Below are positions 21,290-29,567 of a DNA stretch of 64,000 bases, piece after piece. The notes under the pieces were generated by a model. It did no database searches, was not told the DNA's origin, and saw only the letters and a program-made list of their open reading frames with translations. The position numbers and the translations under genes are program-made. Origin of the DNA: a phage; sequence record PZ386953.1, one strand, 5' to 3'. Within the stretch, counting starts at the first letter, position 1. Every line of letters starts with the position of its first letter.

Positions 21290-21523
21290 TTAATCTTCGT
21301 AAATCAGGATTTCTGCTTTAGGTTTTCGTGCTTTCAGGTCCAGCTCTATCCAGTGCACCATAGCTGTTTCAAGAAAAACAGCTTGGATGCATCCGTCCTC
21401 AGCGTGCCCCACCAACATAACGAGATCTTCACCTTCGTCATCTGCATCACGAACATAAAGAATCTCTCCAGATTCGAAGTCTTTCACAACCTGATTGCTA
21501 GATAATTTTCTAATTTTTGCCAT
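21290..21523 (-). CDS. small protein, divergent member of tandem paralog family
   Basis: 77 aa; shares G-x-V/I...V...F/L...D...IL pattern with the three 87-aa genes downstream. Confidence 0.4.
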   Translation of the reverse strand: MAKIRKLSSNQVVKDFESGEILYVRDADDEGEDLVMLVGHAEDGCIQAVFLETAMVHWIELDLKARKPKAEILIYED

Positions 21524-21524
21524 A

Positions 21525-21788
21525 TCAGAAACCCTCTAAAAAGCTCTTGTAGAAAACAATCTCAGTATCCACACCAGTCACAATCTTGTCGTTCCTGATT
21601 TCATCGGTAAGATAGGTGTCAAAACGCAGAACCTGTGTGGTGTTGTCACACATCCACTCAGCTGTGACCATTGCGAAAATCTTAGCATCTTCATTATCTG
21701 GTGTGAATGTTACCACCTCACCGCACTTAAACTTTTCGATAGGCTGAGTGTTAGCTTTCGGTTCTGCGATAGTGATTTTTGTGGTCAT
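21525..21788 (-). CDS. small protein, tandem paralog 1
   Basis: 87 aa; FxCGxVV...FD...VTxxD pattern. Confidence 0.4.
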   Translation of the reverse strand: MTTKITIAEPKANTQPIEKFKCGEVVTFTPDNEDAKIFAMVTAEWMCDNTTQVLRFDTYLTDEIRNDKIVTGVDTEIVFYKSFLEGF

Positions 21789-22051
21789 TATTCTCCTCCT
21801 TCTTTTGAATAGCTTGTCTCTCCAAGGATGGTAATTTTGGTGTCAAGCTCTGTAACTTTCATGTTTGGCGGCAGATCGTACAACTCATTATTTTCTAAAT
21901 CGAACCCCCACACACAATGTTCTCCTGTTTTGACAATCATAACTATGTTTTGAATGCCGTCTCCGTCGCAACTTACCACGGTCCCACACGGAAAACTGTC
22001 TGCACGCTTTTTGTTCTTCACCTTAGAATTGAATACAATGCTGGTAGCCAT
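21788..22051 (-). CDS. small protein, tandem paralog 2
   Basis: 87 aa; same pattern; 1-nt overlap with neighbours. Confidence 0.4.
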   Translation of the reverse strand: MATSIVFNSKVKNKKRADSFPCGTVVSCDGDGIQNIVMIVKTGEHCVWGFDLENNELYDLPPNMKVTELDTKITILGETSYSKEGGE

Positions 22052-22314
22052 TATTGTTCCTCCACCATAACTTCGCCAAGAATTTCTATGCAGGCATCCA
22101 TTTCTGTAACAACCAAACTGTGAGGCAGTTCTACAAACACCTTTCTGAACAGGTCAAATACCCCAACATATATGTTTGCAGGATGTGATTTTACAACAAG
22201 TGCTGTATTCACATCCCCAAGTTCATCAACAAACATCACCACAGTGCCTGGAGCTACTGAGGACAGATACTTCTTAGTTTTACGGTTTGATGCAAATTTT
22301 AACTCTGTTGCCAT
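22051..22314 (-). CDS. small protein, tandem paralog 3
   Basis: 87 aa; same pattern. Confidence 0.4.
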   Translation of the reverse strand: MATELKFASNRKTKKYLSSVAPGTVVMFVDELGDVNTALVVKSHPANIYVGVFDLFRKVFVELPHSLVVTEMDACIEILGEVMVEEQ

Positions 22315-22329
22315 AAATAACCTCCTCTC

Positions 22330-23811
22330 TTACTTAGCGTACTCGATTAATTCCACAGTTTTCCCAAAGCTCGGGATATAATTTTTATTATACCCCTCAG
22401 TGAGGACCCATAGAGTATCGTACTTTTTCCACTTGTTGTCAACAACCTTTTGTTCAAAGTTATGCTCAAAGTATAGGTCGGTCAGGACGATGACATCTTT
22501 TGCATTAGGTATGTTGGCATCCAGATACTCGAACACGCAAGCAGCTGTTGTGCCCCATGTTGAGTGGACCTCATAGTTGACCATCTCGTCTATGTTGCCG
22601 CGAGTGTATACTTTAACCTCTCCAACCTCAGTTGACCAACAGAACATTGTAACCTTAAACTCTTTATACAGATTGCACAATCCGGTGATTTCATTGAACA
22701 TTTTCTTTAAAGTTCTTTGAGAGATCGAGCCAGAAACGTCTAAAGCCACCACAATATCTATAGTGTTTTCCGGATTACGACCAGGAACAATAACGTGCTG
22801 GTTCTTGTTTATAGCCCCAACTTTTCGCATTGTGCTGGTCAAAGACCCAGATCGGCGACCAGGTTTTCTGTAGGTCAGTTCGGCCTTTCTTTTAGACAAC
22901 ATACGTTGCTTAATGATGTCTATATAGTTGATTACAGGCTTACCTCTGTTCTTGACAAACTCACGCACCGCCTCAGGGCAACGGCCTCCGGACGCTTGCA
23001 TTGCTGCCTCCAGCATATCACCAGAGTCCTGCATGGCCTGATCTTTATCAGATTGGCTGATTACAGGTTGTGGCTGATCATACCCCATAGCCTTTCCAAG
23101 ATTATCACTGGTGCCACCGTTCCCACTCATGTGATCATCGGTTTGTCGCTTATCACTTTGAGAGTTCTCACCTTTACCGTTCTTACTTTTACCGTTATTC
23201 TGATCTCTTTGCTTATCAAGAACTGCATAAACGTTCTCAGCAATCCATCCATGAAACTTCATGTCGCAGTAGCAGCTGGCTAAGAAGCCAAAAGGCTTAC
23301 CTTTCATGAACGTAGTGCTTTTCCCCTTCGGGAAGAAAACACAAGGAGGTTTGCTAAAGTCAACCACAAGGCCTGTGTTGATAACGTGATCACAAGCAAT
23401 ATTGAACAGTTCCGGCTCAAAGCTTTTACCACGGACTAGGTGATCACAGATAATATGCCCCACCTCATGTGACAGAAGGAAGGCCACCTCTTTCACAGAT
23501 TTTGGGGAATAGAAAACTTCAGCCATCTCAAACTGCTCGTCAGTTAGAGAAGCCTTAAGAATAGCCTTGCGTTCATCAGCCAATCCCATAATGAACTCAG
23601 GACTGTAATAGATGCGTTTATGGTCGGTTGCCATGGTGGAGCACCATGTGTGGTTTTCTACGAACTGCAACCCTGACAGTAGTGTGCCATAAAACGGCAA
23701 CTTTTCAAGGAGATACATACGTGCAGCCTGCAACATTCTCAGGGCATCATCTTTCTGCGAGGCAATGATTTCTGAACTTCTGCTATCCATTAAAACTCCA
23801 GGAGGGGCCAT
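22330..23811 (-). CDS. putative zinc metallopeptidase - vWA domain protein
   Basis: HEVGH (HExxH) in N-terminal half; DVSGS (vWA MIDAS DxSxS) in C-terminal half; alternative start at 23790 has a better RBS (first ATG lies inside a hairpin). Confidence 0.6.
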   Translation of the reverse strand: MAPPGVLMDSRSSEIIASQKDDALRMLQAARMYLLEKLPFYGTLLSGLQFVENHTWCSTMATDHKRIYYSPEFIMGLADERKAILKASLTDEQFEMAEVFYSPKSVKEVAFLLSHEVGHIICDHLVRGKSFEPELFNIACDHVINTGLVVDFSKPPCVFFPKGKSTTFMKGKPFGFLASCYCDMKFHGWIAENVYAVLDKQRDQNNGKSKNGKGENSQSDKRQTDDHMSGNGGTSDNLGKAMGYDQPQPVISQSDKDQAMQDSGDMLEAAMQASGGRCPEAVREFVKNRGKPVINYIDIIKQRMLSKRKAELTYRKPGRRSGSLTSTMRKVGAINKNQHVIVPGRNPENTIDIVVALDVSGSISQRTLKKMFNEITGLCNLYKEFKVTMFCWSTEVGEVKVYTRGNIDEMVNYEVHSTWGTTAACVFEYLDANIPNAKDVIVLTDLYFEHNFEQKVVDNKWKKYDTLWVLTEGYNKNYIPSFGKTVELIEYAK

Positions 23812-23823
23812 TGGCCCCTGTCA

Positions 23824-24864
23824 TTATTTAACGTGTTTGAAAATACCTGCCAACTCGGTCATTGTCATGCGGGTGGTCTTCATAAGATCTGTCATAGCTT
23901 TCTCCATAATTGGAGATACTACCATAAAGTTTCCTTTAGTGAAACCTTTATTCCAGTCGGTCACCAACAGGGGTTTAAGTCCAGCTCCAAGACGTTCACC
24001 AGTTAAAGCACAGCATTTGCGAATATACGAACTCTTAAATTGGCTGAACGACAGATCAACTTTCATACCTACATCGTAGAACGTTTGACAATAGAAAGTG
24101 TAAGCTTTGGCAATCTCAACATCATCAGGTAGTGCAGGAACCTCTTCTGTAAGCCCCTCTTCGACCTCCTGAGTCTCTTTTTCCTCTTCATGCACCTGTT
24201 GCGTCATTTCTTCAATCTCTTCTGTGATAGGCTCGTTTACAATGTCGGAAATGTGCTTCTTGGGTGCACGATAAGTAACTTTAGACATCGGTAGCATATC
24301 TTCCTCCTCTTCTTCGTCAAAGAGTGCTAGTTTATCCTCTTCCGTTCCATATTGCAAGATGAAATCTTCAAAAGTATAATCACCTTTCAATTTCTCCATA
24401 CGCTCTTCGCTCAGGTGGAGCATCATCTGCTGGACAATTTTTCGATCAGTTTCGTCTTTAATCAAGACTGCAGTCTTTTTATCTACCAGACAGTCCTTTA
24501 GAGAGTTGCATCTCAATCCCACCACACAACAGTTATCAACCGCATAAGGACCTTCATCATCTATCCGCTCCAGGGATGGGTAGAAAGGATTCCCCAGCCC
24601 GTTTTCATCTGTGTGCATGTCAAAAGGTATAAGGGTATAGTCGCATACTCCATCTCCTAAAAGTTTTTTACCAAATAGGAGGTATTCTTCCCATGACAGG
24701 TCGAACTCTATATCTCGTTTCCGTGCGTTATTCTGTTTGCGTCTATATTTTTTGAGCAAGCGCTCTAACTCTTCTGGTGTATAATATTTTTCAAGATTCA
24801 TGAGTCGTCTCTCGTGCTCTGTAAGTGAAGAAATCGTATCAATTGTCTCAACAGATGTCAACAT
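23824..24864 (-). CDS. acidic protein with two related Cys-containing segments
   Basis: 346 aa; poly-E linker; N- and C-terminal segments both begin LSW/FxxY/F; internal MSKVTYRA encoded by a 29-bp repeat. Confidence 0.4.
   Translation of the reverse strand: MLTSVETIDTISSLTEHERRLMNLEKYYTPEELERLLKKYRRKQNNARKRDIEFDLSWEEYLLFGKKLLGDGVCDYTLIPFDMHTDENGLGNPFYPSLERIDDEGPYAVDNCCVVGLRCNSLKDCLVDKKTAVLIKDETDRKIVQQMMLHLSEERMEKLKGDYTFEDFILQYGTEEDKLALFDEEEEEDMLPMSKVTYRAPKKHISDIVNEPITEEIEEMTQQVHEEEKETQEVEEGLTEEVPALPDDVEIAKAYTFYCQTFYDVGMKVDLSFSQFKSSYIRKCCALTGERLGAGLKPLLVTDWNKGFTKGNFMVVSPIMEKAMTDLMKTTRMTMTELAGIFKHVK
24265..24293 (-). repeat. 29-bp inverted repeat, arm 1
   Basis: Reverse complement of TACCGATGTCTAAAGTTACTTATCGTGCA, inside the 346-aa - strand gene. 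Confidence 0.8.
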
Positions 24865-24874
24865 CAAAAACGTG

Positions 24875-24903
24875 TTGACTTTACTCTAACTCCACAATAT
24901 AGT
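24875..24903 (+). promoter_or_regulatory. sigma70-like promoter
   Basis: TTGACT-17 bp-TATAGT at the strand-switch region. Confidence 0.5.
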
Positions 24904-24943
24904 GCACCCATTCGAAAGAAAACTAACATAGGAGCACTTACTT

Positions 24944-25843
24944 ATGGCAAATCTTAACAGTTTTAGTACGCGGTGGAAACAGGACATAACAACCAATCTT
25001 TCAGCTGGGGACATCCTTTCTGCAATTTACGAGGCTTTAGATGATAAAGCTACTTCAAAAGCGGTTTGTACCAACCCATTAATTCCTATAGTGATGAAGG
25101 TTATTGAGCGTAGATTGGTATCTGGGTCTGATAAGTGGACATATTTAGATAATGAAGGACACACCTATTCCAATGGGTATGTCGATATAAAAGTAGAATA
25201 CGCGGTATCATACCGCCGGAGCGGTTCTGTAACTTTCAACTTCTCTGGAGGTTTTCGATCTCTGGCTACCTCACCTTTTGTTTCCTCGGAGGAGAAGTAT
25301 GAGCTGCCATTTCTTTGGATGATGGCTAACGCGACAGGAAAAACCCCCGTTAGCATCCGAGTAAAATACAACTACAACGGATCTAGTAAGATCTATGCCG
25401 AAAGTGTCTCAGCAAGTTTTTATTTTGTGATGGGGGATGGAATCCTCAAACATATAAAGATGTGCGATATGCATGATGTTATAAATGAAGTGACTGATAA
25501 GAATGTTCTAGTGAAAGACCTCAACAATTTTTATACACCTGGAGACTATTACGTCAGCCGTCCACTGTGCATCTTTAATGCCGCACACCCTCTAGGTGAG
25601 TATTTGATCGCCAATAGCGATATTGCCAATAACCGCTTCGAGGTAGCAAGAGTTCAGAATGAGGTATTGACATCTTGCAAGAGCGGTGATAAGTTTACCG
25701 AAGAAGAGATGGGTGTTTTAGAAATGATGGGATATAAGTGTAGCCTTTGGGTAGATGAGGTGTTTAATGATTGCATCTATGGACAGGATATTTACCCATT
25801 AAAGAAGTATACTGATACAAGTTTAATTTATGCGAGGGTTTGA
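24944..25843 (+). CDS. hypothetical protein
   Basis: 299-aa ORF; AGGAG RBS; consensus-like promoter 24875-24903 upstream. Confidence 0.45.
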   Translation: MANLNSFSTRWKQDITTNLSAGDILSAIYEALDDKATSKAVCTNPLIPIVMKVIERRLVSGSDKWTYLDNEGHTYSNGYVDIKVEYAVSYRRSGSVTFNFSGGFRSLATSPFVSSEEKYELPFLWMMANATGKTPVSIRVKYNYNGSSKIYAESVSASFYFVMGDGILKHIKMCDMHDVINEVTDKNVLVKDLNNFYTPGDYYVSRPLCIFNAAHPLGEYLIANSDIANNRFEVARVQNEVLTSCKSGDKFTEEEMGVLEMMGYKCSLWVDEVFNDCIYGQDIYPLKKYTDTSLIYARV

Positions 25844-25845
25844 CT

Positions 25846-26118
25846 ATGATGAAGGCATGTGGTAATGTATATTACGTCGGTGAACATGTTCAGGCAGACA
25901 GTGTGTGGAAATCTATTAAGTCCACCACTGACGATGCCTTTCTGAGTGGACTATGTTTCCCCAATCCGGGAGACATCCTCCCTCATCCTGGAGATTTTGT
26001 TGTCAACAAGATGGACGGTTATACCGTGTGCCTGATGGTTGAAAAAATCTTTTTAGACACTAGACACAATCACCGTCTTGTGTTAAAATTTCAAGAATGT
26101 AAAATGACAATTGCCTAA
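25846..26118 (+). CDS. hypothetical protein
   Basis: ATG 7 nt after GAGGG; overlaps upstream stop. Confidence 0.4.
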   Translation: MMKACGNVYYVGEHVQADSVWKSIKSTTDDAFLSGLCFPNPGDILPHPGDFVVNKMDGYTVCLMVEKIFLDTRHNHRLVLKFQECKMTIA

Positions 26119-26126
26119 GGAGACCT

Positions 26127-26155
26127 TACCGATGTCTAAAGTTACTTATCGTGCA
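26127..26155 (+). repeat. 29-bp inverted repeat, arm 2
   Basis: TACCGATGTCTAAAGTTACTTATCGTGCA spanning the start codon of 26132..26488. Confidence 0.8.
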
Positions 26156-26488
26156 GCTATTTACTGCAATGAACACCCAATCAATAATGATGGTCACTGC
26201 CTTTTTAAAGAAAATCAATTGGGCTGTATTGTCCTCCCCGATGAAGGGGAAGGTTATCTGATTGCATTGACAGGGTTTGAACCTGAGGCTCTGGAAGCCA
26301 ATCTGGACTACCTGGTAGAAGAGGGTGCTGCAGACCTGGTTGCCAATGGCCTCTCCATAAGCCTTGACGAAGTAGAGCGCTTCATGGGCAATTACCGTGT
26401 AGTGCGTGAGTTTACTATCGAGGTGGAAACTCCCGAGTGGGGTAGCCATGAAACTAATGCCGAAGAAAAAGAAGAGGAGGTAGAATAA
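26132..26488 (+). CDS. hypothetical acidic protein
   Basis: ATG after AAGGAGA; first 8 codons lie in the 29-bp inverted repeat. Confidence 0.4.
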   Translation: MSKVTYRAAIYCNEHPINNDGHCLFKENQLGCIVLPDEGEGYLIALTGFEPEALEANLDYLVEEGAADLVANGLSISLDEVERFMGNYRVVREFTIEVETPEWGSHETNAEEKEEEVE

Positions 26489-26745
26489 TGAAAGTGCAGA
26501 TCTTGACTAATGCTGAGAAGATGTTTATTGAAGATACACCTTTTGAAGCTGGTGAGCTACAGTTCGTTTATTTTGTTGACTTAGATAAGGTGTTTCCTGC
26601 ACTGAATCTAGGTTTGGATGAAGTTCCTCATAAGGTTTTGTGCCGAGTTGTTCGTGCCTTAGCGGCAGAGGGGGAGTTCCACACCCTTCAAGATGTCCAG
26701 ACCTACGGGTATCTTGAACTACAACGAGAAGAAGAGGTGGACTGA
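26488..26745 (+). CDS. hypothetical protein
   Basis: 85 aa; ATGA stop-start overlap. Confidence 0.4.
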   Translation: MKVQILTNAEKMFIEDTPFEAGELQFVYFVDLDKVFPALNLGLDEVPHKVLCRVVRALAAEGEFHTLQDVQTYGYLELQREEEVD

Positions 26746-26747
26746 TA

Positions 26748-27128
26748 ATGGCTCAGTGGAAGACAACAGTTGACCTTCATGATCAGTGGTTAGGACGCAT
26801 CACTGAAGACGGGAAGCTAGTGGAGTGGGACAATAAGCATGTTAGCGAGTTGGCAAGTATTGTGGCTGGCAAGTTACGCTCCAAGTTCCCTGAACAACTG
26901 GATCCTGATAGTTCAAAGTTCGATCCTGAGTTAGAGGATGTTGTATACTACTTCGACACCGTTGATGACTACGACGCGTGGTTTGCAGCACGGGAGCTTT
27001 ACCCACAAGGCTCTGCTATGCGCCAGATGGAAGAAGATTATCCTCCGTGTGAGCAATTCAATAGTGCAATGACTTGCCTCTATGATTGGGCAGATAAGAA
27101 CCTTGTCTGGATTCGGACTGCATTTTAG
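26748..27128 (+). CDS. hypothetical protein
   Basis: 126-aa ORF. Confidence 0.4.
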   Translation: MAQWKTTVDLHDQWLGRITEDGKLVEWDNKHVSELASIVAGKLRSKFPEQLDPDSSKFDPELEDVVYYFDTVDDYDAWFAARELYPQGSAMRQMEEDYPPCEQFNSAMTCLYDWADKNLVWIRTAF

Positions 27129-27172
27129 TGGGCAGGAATGGCGGCAAGGATGCTGCTTAAGGAGTAGTAGAG

Positions 27173-27442
27173 ATGTTATACCAGCAATATGAACTTCGTG
27201 CAGAAAAAGAGTTAAATTTTGACAAAGATATTCACAGATATTATTATGGGAAAGTTAGAGGGCAAGCAAGAAAGTGTACTCCAACACTCTTTTATGCCAG
27301 CAGACGACTAGCGCCAGAAGAGGCAACAGCAGAAAGGGTTGCGTACAACTGGAGAGTCACGTATGATATTGACAGATTCGATGTGATATCTGTTTTGGAA
27401 AACTTTGAAAACACTTACACACAAGTAGAGGACTTTTACTAA
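27173..27442 (+). CDS. hypothetical protein
   Basis: 89-aa ORF. Confidence 0.4.
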   Translation: MLYQQYELRAEKELNFDKDIHRYYYGKVRGQARKCTPTLFYASRRLAPEEATAERVAYNWRVTYDIDRFDVISVLENFENTYTQVEDFY

Positions 27443-28626
27443 TGTCAAGAAACGTATTCGAAAGTGGTCAAATCACTGTCCGTGAGTTGCCAGCTATTAT
27501 TCAGTTTGCCCAACGTCATAGCCGATCTGTCCTAATTTTGGGACCAATGGGTGTGGGTAAAAGCCAGGTGATGAAGCAGATCGCTGATAATATGTTCGGT
27601 GAGCGAGATGACAACCTTGTTGACGTGCGACTGTCAGATAAAGATCCTGCCGACTTATCTGGGCTACCTATCCCTGTAGAAGCGGATGGAACTACACGTA
27701 CAGTGTTTGCAATTCCAGAATTTTGGCCTGCGAATCCTGACTGGAGCGGAATTATCTTTCTGGATGAGCTCACTCATGCAGATAACTACCTGCAAAAGGT
27801 TGCAATGCAAATTATGCTTGACCACAAGTGCGGCACCTATGCATTCCCTAAGGGCTCTGTTTTTGTGGCTGCGGGTAACCGTTCTACAGATGGTGCGGTT
27901 CTTTCGGCGCTCGAAGCCCCTCTGGCTAACCGTTTTATCATTGTAGAGGTTACAAGCAATGCAGAGGTGTTTATTGAGGACTACGCATTCCTCAACGGGG
28001 TTCACTCCTCTGTAATTGGGTATCTGAAAAGAGTTCCATCAGCTATTGATAATTATGAGGCTATGGCTGAGATTAATTGTCCATCTTTTGCCACACCACG
28101 ATCTTGGGTTGCTGCATCTGACATCTTGCACGATTTTGACAGCGGTATTATTTCTGACGCTATGGCCCGTGTTCTTCTGCAAGGTGCTATTGGTCACACT
28201 GCAGCGGTAGAGATCTGGACTTACCACACCAAGAAACGTAATTTACCGGAAATCGGTCGGATTATGGCAGGTGGCTGCAAAGAATATGTAGGTCCTAAGC
28301 AGCCAGACATTTTGTGGATTCTTGGATCTGAAGGTTGTATCGCTATTCGCAATATGATGGAAAATGCAAGTATCTCAGACGAAGATCTTGTCAGCTGCGT
28401 GGCAAACTTCCTCGATTTCCTTTGGGAAAACTTCAAGGACGAGAACCGAGATTTTGTATTCTCAGTCTTTATGGCGATGATGAAACCTAATGCCTTAGGA
28501 AATGCCTTGCTTATCGGTAAAGGGCGTGACAAGATTGTTGCTCAGCTGATCAAAGCATACCCAAACCTGATGAAGATTGTAAAAGAGTTTGGTGAAGAGT
28601 TTAGCGCCATTTTGGCTAAAGCTTAA
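27442..28626 (+). CDS. AAA+ ATPase, MoxR-like
   Basis: Walker A GPMGVGKS, Walker B IIFLDELTHA; TAATG overlap with upstream gene. Confidence 0.6.
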   Translation: MSRNVFESGQITVRELPAIIQFAQRHSRSVLILGPMGVGKSQVMKQIADNMFGERDDNLVDVRLSDKDPADLSGLPIPVEADGTTRTVFAIPEFWPANPDWSGIIFLDELTHADNYLQKVAMQIMLDHKCGTYAFPKGSVFVAAGNRSTDGAVLSALEAPLANRFIIVEVTSNAEVFIEDYAFLNGVHSSVIGYLKRVPSAIDNYEAMAEINCPSFATPRSWVAASDILHDFDSGIISDAMARVLLQGAIGHTAAVEIWTYHTKKRNLPEIGRIMAGGCKEYVGPKQPDILWILGSEGCIAIRNMMENASISDEDLVSCVANFLDFLWENFKDENRDFVFSVFMAMMKPNALGNALLIGKGRDKIVAQLIKAYPNLMKIVKEFGEEFSAILAKA

Positions 28627-28636
28627 GGGGGGTTGT

Positions 28637-29017
28637 ATGGCTAAAGTAGGTAAGCGGGGAAACTACCTGGTGGTATTGACCGAGGAGCCGGAGAAGGAGT
28701 ACGAATGCAGCTCCACTTGCGTGATCGATATCCGAGAAAAAGATGTAGATGAAGTCTGGTTTAAAATATTGGACGCTTGCGATAGCAGTGATTATTTCTT
28801 CATTTATGTCAACGATAAGGCTGGATTCTTCCATGACGACGGAGAGTTGCCGTATGAAATCTATGAACTTGTAGAGGCTTGCCATCGTGGAGATGCGGAG
28901 TTGTTTGGCCTACGGCTGAAAAGCGGTAAATTCTTCTATCAAGATGAGTGCATGAATCTTCATAACTTTGTAGAGGGAACTTGCAACGATGGAGAGATTT
29001 TGGCACACTACGATTAA
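28637..29017 (+). CDS. hypothetical protein
   Basis: ATG after AAGGGGGG; tool start 28589 overlaps upstream gene; terminator follows. Confidence 0.4.
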   Translation: MAKVGKRGNYLVVLTEEPEKEYECSSTCVIDIREKDVDEVWFKILDACDSSDYFFIYVNDKAGFFHDDGELPYEIYELVEACHRGDAELFGLRLKSGKFFYQDECMNLHNFVEGTCNDGEILAHYD

Positions 29018-29028
29018 TTTCTAAGACC

Positions 29029-29057
29029 TCCCCCGCTTCGGCGGGGATTTTCTATTT
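29029..29057 (+). terminator. intrinsic terminator
   Basis: CCCCGC-TTCG-GCGGGG (same stem-loop as 2599) then ATTTTCTATTT. Confidence 0.65.
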
Positions 29058-29066
29058 GGAGTCATT

Positions 29067-29567
29067 GTGAAAATTAAGATCTTTGCTATTATTTTGAGCG
29101 CACTTTTATCGCTGCCTGTTGTTGCAGCACCAAAACAAAAAGTATATCATACTTGCAAGCCATCAGATACTAAGGAAAACATTCTGGCATGCAATATCTA
29201 CAGGGAAGCTAGAGGAGATGGCACGATGGGTATGCTGGCATCTGGGTTTGCCACACTAAACAGGAAATCCCACCCTAAATACCCAGACACTATAAGAAAG
29301 ATTGTCTACCAACCTAACCAGTTTTCGTGGACAAACCACGGCAAAACTTTTAAGGTGACAGAAAAAGATTCATGGGATCACGCTAAAAGTCTTGCAAAGA
29401 TGCTTCTAAAGGTCTATAATAACAACCATGTTGCATACATGGCTATGGACATAACAGGTGGAGCAACACACTACCATACAACCAAAGTACGACCGAAATG
29501 GGCAAAAAAGATGCAGAGGACAGCTCAATTCGGGAGCCATATCTACTACAAGGAGCGCAATAAATGA
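29067..29567 (+). CDS. secreted cell-wall hydrolase, SleB-like
   Basis: N-terminal signal peptide (MKIKIFAIILSALLSLPVVAAP); LNRKSHPKYPDTIRKIVYQPNQFSW resembles the SleB/CwlJ hydrolase core. Confidence 0.5.
   Translation: MKIKIFAIILSALLSLPVVAAPKQKVYHTCKPSDTKENILACNIYREARGDGTMGMLASGFATLNRKSHPKYPDTIRKIVYQPNQFSWTNHGKTFKVTEKDSWDHAKSLAKMLLKVYNNNHVAYMAMDITGGATHYHTTKVRPKWAKKMQRTAQFGSHIYYKERNK

Noticed and set aside
22795-23283. 162-aa + strand ORF antisense to the vWA gene, and similar antisense or internal ORFs (38082..38777, 12284..12805, 8115..8363, 10982..11410)
   Set aside because: They lie fully inside longer, motif-supported genes on the other strand or frame, lack an RBS, and have atypical composition.
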